Origin: Chrysomallon squamiferum
Lineage: Eukaryota; Animalia; Mollusca
Direction of reading: 5' to 3'
NCBI GenBank assembly: GCA_012295275.1
Contig: CM022673.1
Coordinates: forward strand, 6,014,001-6,078,000
Length of the DNA: 64,000 nt
Shown here: piece by piece, positions 57,201 through 64,000 of the stretch
Position numbering within the stretch: position 1 is the stretch's first letter
Layout of the letters: each line of letters starts with the position of its first letter
Notes under the pieces: generated by a model
What the model saw: the letters and a program-made list of their open reading frames with translations, nothing else
Databases searched by the model: none
What the model was told of the DNA's origin: nothing
Position numbers and translations under genes: made by a program

Positions 57201-60200
57201 AACATTTTAAATTAAAATACTGACCAAGAATGAAAACAAAATTATGAAATATCTAAGATTCATAAATAAAAATAAACAAAAATAAAATTTAACAGAATAG
57301 AAAAATATATCTATTAATAAAAAATAAAAATGAAATAAAATAACATTTTAAAAATAAACAATAGTGACTAAAATTAAAAATAAAACTATGAATAAAATAC
57401 AAAAAAAACAAATTATTTTCCATACAATAAGAATATTATAACGTATTTCAACAGACACATTCTAAACACCTCAAAGATAACATAAATAAATAATATAAAA
57501 AATACATAAACCTAAAATATTAACTTTACCACAATTACAACCAACAACTTAAACAAAAATATTTTCGGAAACATCAGAAAATAAAATTTTTAACAAAACT
57601 CTATAGCTGCTCACTGACGACATTTTGCAAGAGAAACGTAATTTATCTCGAGAAATTTTCGTCACACAAAAATCTGCAAAACGAAGTTGTGCACAGGATT
57701 GCACGAATCAATACACTTGAGAAGCAGCAAAACATCTCATGTAGCAGTGAGATCGCCAGGGCTGCTGCTAACACAAAAGGAGTAACAGCCGCAGACAGGC
57801 AAATGAATAGAGAATCTACCACCTCAAGTGATCAAAAGGAAACAGGAATATATTTCTGGAAGAAGAGGGGAAAAAAAAAAAAGAAGAAGAAGAAGAAGAA
57901 GAAGAAGAAGAAGAAGAAGAAAATAAGAAACAGTTTTAAGTTGCCATTGCTGTCACTTGGAGTCGGGAATAAACCACATGCAATTTCCTTGAGATTTATG
58001 GATGCCATGGTAACCTGAAAAAAAAAAATTAGAAAAGAGAAAAAGACAAAACGATGACATTTTGTGCGAAATCAGATCTGTGGCAATGATCTGGATTCTG
58101 TGAATATTTATTACAAAAAAAAAATAATAATAATAAGTTTTTGGGGTGTTTTTTTGGGGTGGATTTGTATTTTTTAAATACATTTTGGAAATACTAGTCA
58201 TTTTATGAAATAGAAAGGGAAAAATGTCATTTCAGTACATCTGATTTCAGTAACATAAGAATTAAAATTAAAATATTGTTGTTTATCTCATTCTGGTTAG
58301 AATTGGGAAAATCATATGAAGAATCTTTCTTTAAGATTTGAACCAATGACCTATCATATGTCTCATCATATTTGTTGGTTTATCTCCTTGTCTCTGTGTG
58401 TGTATGTATGTATGCATGTATATATATAAATTGCTTTGAACATCATAATTAACAATTCTTAATTATATATGTGTTTTTGTACATAAAAAACCCACATAAT
58501 TAACAGTCTAAATGAAATGAACACAATGTATTGTTTGTTTATTAGTAGCAAAATACAAGTAACAAAAACAGACTAACAAACACACGCAAATCAATAACCT
58601 GATTAAAACAGACTTCACAAAAATCCAATTTATTCAACTCAGAAATGTGAGTGACCTGAAAGTTAGGACATGCATATTTAAAAAAAAAAAAATACAAAAA
58701 GAAATAAGAAGAAAATATTTAAAGGTTAAAGTGTTATTCATAAAGAAAGAGATTGGAAAAGGATAAAAAAAACAGACAACAAGAAAGAAGGAATAAAATG
58801 AACGAGAAAAGAAAGTTGGATGTGAAAAGAATGAGCTTAGAAAATAAGAAAAAATTATCTAGAAAAACAATGAGAAAAATGATGTCAGAAAGAAAGAATT
58901 GTAAGAAAGAACAGAAAAAATAGTAAGCAAGAAAGATAGTAAGAAAGAAAAGAAAGAATGAATGAATGAAATTAAAGAAATCATATAAAGAAACTAATAA
59001 AAAGAATTAAGAATGAGCAATGTCAAAAACAAAGGAGGAAAATGTTAACAAGAAAGAAAGAAATGAAATATTCAGGAAAATAAAAGAAGGAAAGAATAAA
59101 AAAAAAATAAAAAATTGAAATAATGGTGCAAAAGATAAAGACTTGGAGAAAGAAAAACAGAAACAACATGAAGAAATAACTTCTTGTTGTTTTAGCAATA
59201 CAGACTGAACATATAACACAGATATGTGCGTTATTCAGTTCCACTTTATGTAACTGATGCCAAATAATGCATTAAGTAAAAAATAAAGTGAAATATCTAT
59301 GGCATCTATTTAACAGATACCAAATTTTTGATAAAATAAAATATTAAAAAACATGGAATCTGTATAATTGCAAATGTCGTACAAAAATACATATTCTGTA
59401 GCAGAAGACAGATATTTTATTTTGTTTGTAATGTTTTTCAGTAGGTAGCACTTGAGCACATGATTTCATTTCACTTGTGACTGAATTTATTTGTTTATTT
59501 ATTTATTTGTAACTGACAATATATCTTTCTTGACAGTAACGTACGACAGTAAAAGAACAATATTTTAACATCAACCTTTAATAACAATAAAGTATGATAA
59601 ATATACAATAAATTCATACAGATACTAGAAGTTTATCATATTATATCATTAGCAAACATCGCTTGCCACAATTTAACAGCACAAAAATGTGTTGAACATA
59701 GTTATGTCACCAAATATTAACTTCAACATATATCAGTCACTTGAAAATATTTATAATTTTTAGTAAGAAACAAAACTATAATAAGTTAATTAATATGTAT
59801 ATTAAACAAATAAATAATGATGATGATGATGATTGCAATGATAATAGTAATGAACTGGAAATATACAATTAATTACTATTCCAGTTTTCATTTCAGAAAT
59901 ACTTTTTGTCTGAAGCAAAATAGATATTAAGGGCTTTGCTTGTAAGAAGCTTAATATACCTGAATAATGGTTCTGCAGCATGCTTTATTATTGCATCGCA
60001 GAGAACAACCTTAACGAGGCATAGAAGCAAAAGAAATCAATGCAATTGCTACAACAGAAAGAATTCATATGTCTAGATGCCTGATTAGACCATAAAAACA
60101 ACTTGCAGGAACATACTGAAACACTGAGGTGCTCTTTAAATTGTGAAGGAATTAAAATGCAAAGAAATAAAGGAAGTTTTAAAGTTAAATGGAGAAACTA

Positions 60201-63200
60201 TGATAAGTGCTCTGAAATAAGAGATTTAGAAAATAAATTTAAAAATAAATACGTCAATAAATAGAATAACTGCTAAGTTTACTAATAGATTGAATGTGAG
60301 TTACCTAATCAGTGAGTTTGCTTGTTTGAAAGGTTAATTAGTAAGTTCTTCATTAACATTCAGGTAAATTTTAGTCCATTTCATTTTGGAAATTTCATTA
60401 TTTTATTTCCTTTTATTTATGAAATAACAAATATTTTAGACTTTAATGCAGTTCATTATAAACCTTAATTTCAAAATCACAGATTAAAATATAAAGTCCA
60501 ACAAAAGATGCACAACTACTACATGTATTATATTATTTTCAAACATCCTATTTTTATTATTATTTTGTTTCATATATACATGCAAATACTTAGACAAATT
60601 AGTTTTATGGACATATACTAAAGATTTTGTTTTTATTTACAGAATACAAATGAGACATTACTGCATATCAATCTTTTATAACAATGAATGAATATATATT
60701 TAATAAGTTTGTTTTGTTTTGTTTTTGTTTTTGGTCTGTTTGTTTATTTTTATTTTATTTTTTTTTTATACATAATTATGATATCCATAAGAAGAAATTC
60801 ACATCAATGGCTACTGTCACAAATTATCAGCATATGTCAATAAACATTTTAACCCTTTAAATTTCTTCACATGCAAGATATGGAGCAGTGGCTGGAACTG
60901 GAAAATACAAAACAAACACAAGAAGATGGACTGAACCCGCATCCCCCTCACTCTTCAGACGACACATTCTGGTTCTAAGCTGCAGCAAAATCTTCTCTTG
61001 TGTTCTACTGGAACTTTTTAACCCAGGCAGCAGGCTACCATTGCTCCTTGTTTGGCAGAAGTTCGATCCATTACAACAACCTTTCCAATCCGATAATCCA
61101 TAACCTCGTTAAGTCTAGTGGCACACCAAGAGACATCTATAGACTCCAAAAAACATCCATACACTTAACATCAAGCCAGACTGGGCTGACATTTGATAGT
61201 AAGATGGTGAAGAGAGAATTATTTCAACGATTAAAATGAGTTAGACGAGAAAGTGTCAGAATTTCGGTTAAATTAAACCTGATGAAGTCTGAATGTATCT
61301 TGAGTAATATGGTGATTGACTGGCATGTCTGTGATTAGGTTATCAAGCTGTGAGGTCTGGCTTACTCTCTGATATTTTATTTATCTACTCGCGATACTGA
61401 TGTAACCTTTGCTCCGTAATATTTTATTCATTGCTTTAGGTTGATGTACCTTTAATGGCAGCATTTTTTTAATAATTTTTTTTTTTTTTTTTTTTTATGT
61501 TTTGTTTTGTTTTATTTTTAAATTTGTTTTTTTATTTGATCTTAGATTATTTTATTATCTTTTATTATACTGTTTTATATTCATTCCATTGTGTTGTTTT
61601 ACATTATTTATTTATTTAATATTTCTTAATGTTCTCTTTGTTGTTGTTGTCTTTTACCAAGAGGAGTTGTCTTTTTTCTTCTTCTTCTTCTTCTTTTTCA
61701 TCTTGTTTCATGATACTTCTTTTAATCAAATACTGATTTATTATGTTCTTTCCTGTCTATAGAATGATTCAAATACAAAAAATTAAAATATATAAAATTA
61801 TGTTTGATACCAATTAATTACTTCAATGGATAACAAACAACAATGGATAGCAGACACCAAACACGTTATTAACCAGACACAGAGGTCAGTTTGGAATGGA
61901 AACAGTTTTGTAAATGGAGAAGTAAATAAGAAAGATCTTGTGACCTATTAGACCTGAGATCTGGCCATCTGTGGAAAGAAAAGTTCCATTTATTCACAGT
62001 TGGGGTCTGTTAAAGAGAAAAGTCAGCACTTTAATTTAATCTTATAAATCTCTCAATCACTACTTCAAAAACAAGGATACAAAGTCTGGTCACAGAATTA
62101 TTTAAATCTCACAACAAGGTTTTCACCATTCAAACAGAAGGTGAATAGATTCTGATCTCAAAGTGAAAAGATTCAGAACTGAATATGAAACAGAGTCTGA
62201 ACCGAAACCCCCAAAAAGAATCTGTCTAATCTACTAAATCGACCGCAGATACCCTTTTTCTATGCATCATGTTTACCAAGACTCCACAAGCCGACAATAA
62301 AATCATTGTTAATCCGATCAACGAAACAGCATATTGTTCCCATTCCAAAAACATCGAGAAAATAAAAATTTCAGGAAATTTGTCGTCTTAAGAATGTTTT
62401 CACCAAAGAAATAGAATTTCAGTCACGGTTTCCTATTCAGACTAAAGAGTGGCGGCTTTTTGAATTAAAGGTTTTTCCTGCTCTGTTTTGCTGTGCCCAA
62501 ATAATGTCTGACTATTAGTGTAGACTTTTTGTGACAGTAATGAAGCAAACAGAAAGGATTTAGTGAATTATCTCCCCACAGACAAATTGAGATCAGGAAG
62601 TTCTGTGATTCCAAATGAAGTGAAGTCCGAGAGAAAGCCAAGATGATTGAATTACTCAGAAAGTTAAAGTTCTTTTTTAGTGCATGTAGATTTGTCTTCT
62701 GCTAGATGTACAACAGAAATTCTGATGCACTGGTAGAATTTATTTATGACATCATTCAAATACTTAAATACATATTTCTCCTGGATGTTAAATACTTAGA
62801 AATATTTAGAAATATTCTTAGTCAAAATTTAAATTAATTTTATTTAATGATATTATTAAAAATATTTTTAAAATATCTTTTCTGTTGAAATTAGAACAGT
62901 CTGAAATCCTGACAGATGATATTCAAGTTAAATATTCAGTTTGATCTATTAGTCATCAAATATTTGTTATTTTGGTCATCTCATCTTCTGAATTTAGTTA
63001 AAAGTTTACAGTTGCATGCTGTTTATTTAGTAATTTGAGAAATAATCTTCAGATAAATGCCTGTTGCATTTTTTCTCTCAAAAATCATTAAAGTTTATAA
63101 ATACATTTTCCTTGACACCAAAAAGAACTAACTTAGTGGAATCATAAAACTATTAACTTGAATCTGGTTTTACTAGATAAAAAAATATATCAGTCTCAGG

Positions 63201-64000
63201 CAATCAAATATGCAGCTGCAATCAAAAAACTTTAATGTCAATACAATCCAAGTTCAACTTAAGTGCATTTTATTCAAATTAAAGTATTTTGTTACTTTTA
63301 TCTAAATTGTCTACAGATTTAAGGCTATAATAAAAAGTAATAGTAATATGAAAAATAAATATGCCCTAAAAAGCATAAGACTATATTAAAAGAAAAAAAA
63401 AATATGTCTTAACAATTTAAGATTATATTTAAAAACTGAAATAAAATCAAAAATAAATATGCCCTAAAAAGCTTAGGGCTATATTAAAAGGTAAAAATAA
63501 AATAACATAACAATAAAGTTGTCTAATAATTTAAGGATATATTAAGGCAGAAATCAAATCAAATCAAATACTGCCCATTAAATAAGAAGCCATTCATATT
63601 TATGAGGCAAATCACACAATACACTGAACAAATAACGATATATTTACATAGTCCCAAATTATTAATGACTTTATGAACGACCACAATGTCTCCATTTCCT
63701 GTCTGTTCAAAATGGAATACTTCTGGTCACCTTGAGGAAATGCTGCATCCTTAATTACATCTGAAAACCTGACAGAGATGAACCGTTTCCCCTTGTCCAC
63801 CACTGATTGCAGTGGCAAGGTAAACACAGAGATTGTTACGGTGCAAAGTTTGAAGTCTGGCTGGAACACCTTCTCAAAGTGAAAGCCTGGTTTTATTAAT
63901 TCAGAGTTTACTACGTCGATGTTTGTGATGACCATGTGCAAGAATTTTCAAGAAGTAAGTTAACCGTCATGTTCCAAGATTCTTCTGAATTACCACCTCA

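Noticed and set aside
58295-58350. tRNA gene suggested by B-box-like GGTTCAAATC on the minus strand
   Set aside because: No cloverleaf or intact A-box; at most a decayed SINE head.
60888-61239. GC-elevated patch with short ORFs and AAGA|gtgagg
   Set aside because: Only a 5-codon ATG frame (MCRLK) or a poor acceptor fits the phase, which cannot be told from chance.

Overview
AT-rich, microsatellite-dense eukaryotic DNA, probably from a gastropod mollusc (inferred from the SINE remnants). The whole window lies inside one large minus-strand gene for an ERG-family (KCNH2/6/7, Kv11) voltage-gated K+ channel. Exon 1 and the transmembrane exons were not found and presumably lie outside the window. 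Four exons are recognisable by homology to hERG: PAS exon 54063-54293 (231 nt), PAC exon 28005-28145, linker exon 25403-25765 and proximal-domain exon 15595-15815 ending ...NVSEKVAQ. They join in frame through canonical splice sites. The most interesting signal is a set of additional phase-compatible candidate exons. These are a 51-nt exon with an Akt-type motif, a possible 24-nt microexon, two phase-0 cassettes after KVAQ (14266-14370 with a possible GC donor, and 146-244), and Cys-rich candidate alternative first exons (4344-4421, 31926-32037) that would give PAS-less, ERG1b-like isoforms. A 42-bp minisatellite looks derived from the exon-2 splice donor, with the GT lost in its copies. Almost all ORFs in the supplied track are simple-repeat artefacts. 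All candidate exons come from manual reading only and need transcript evidence.
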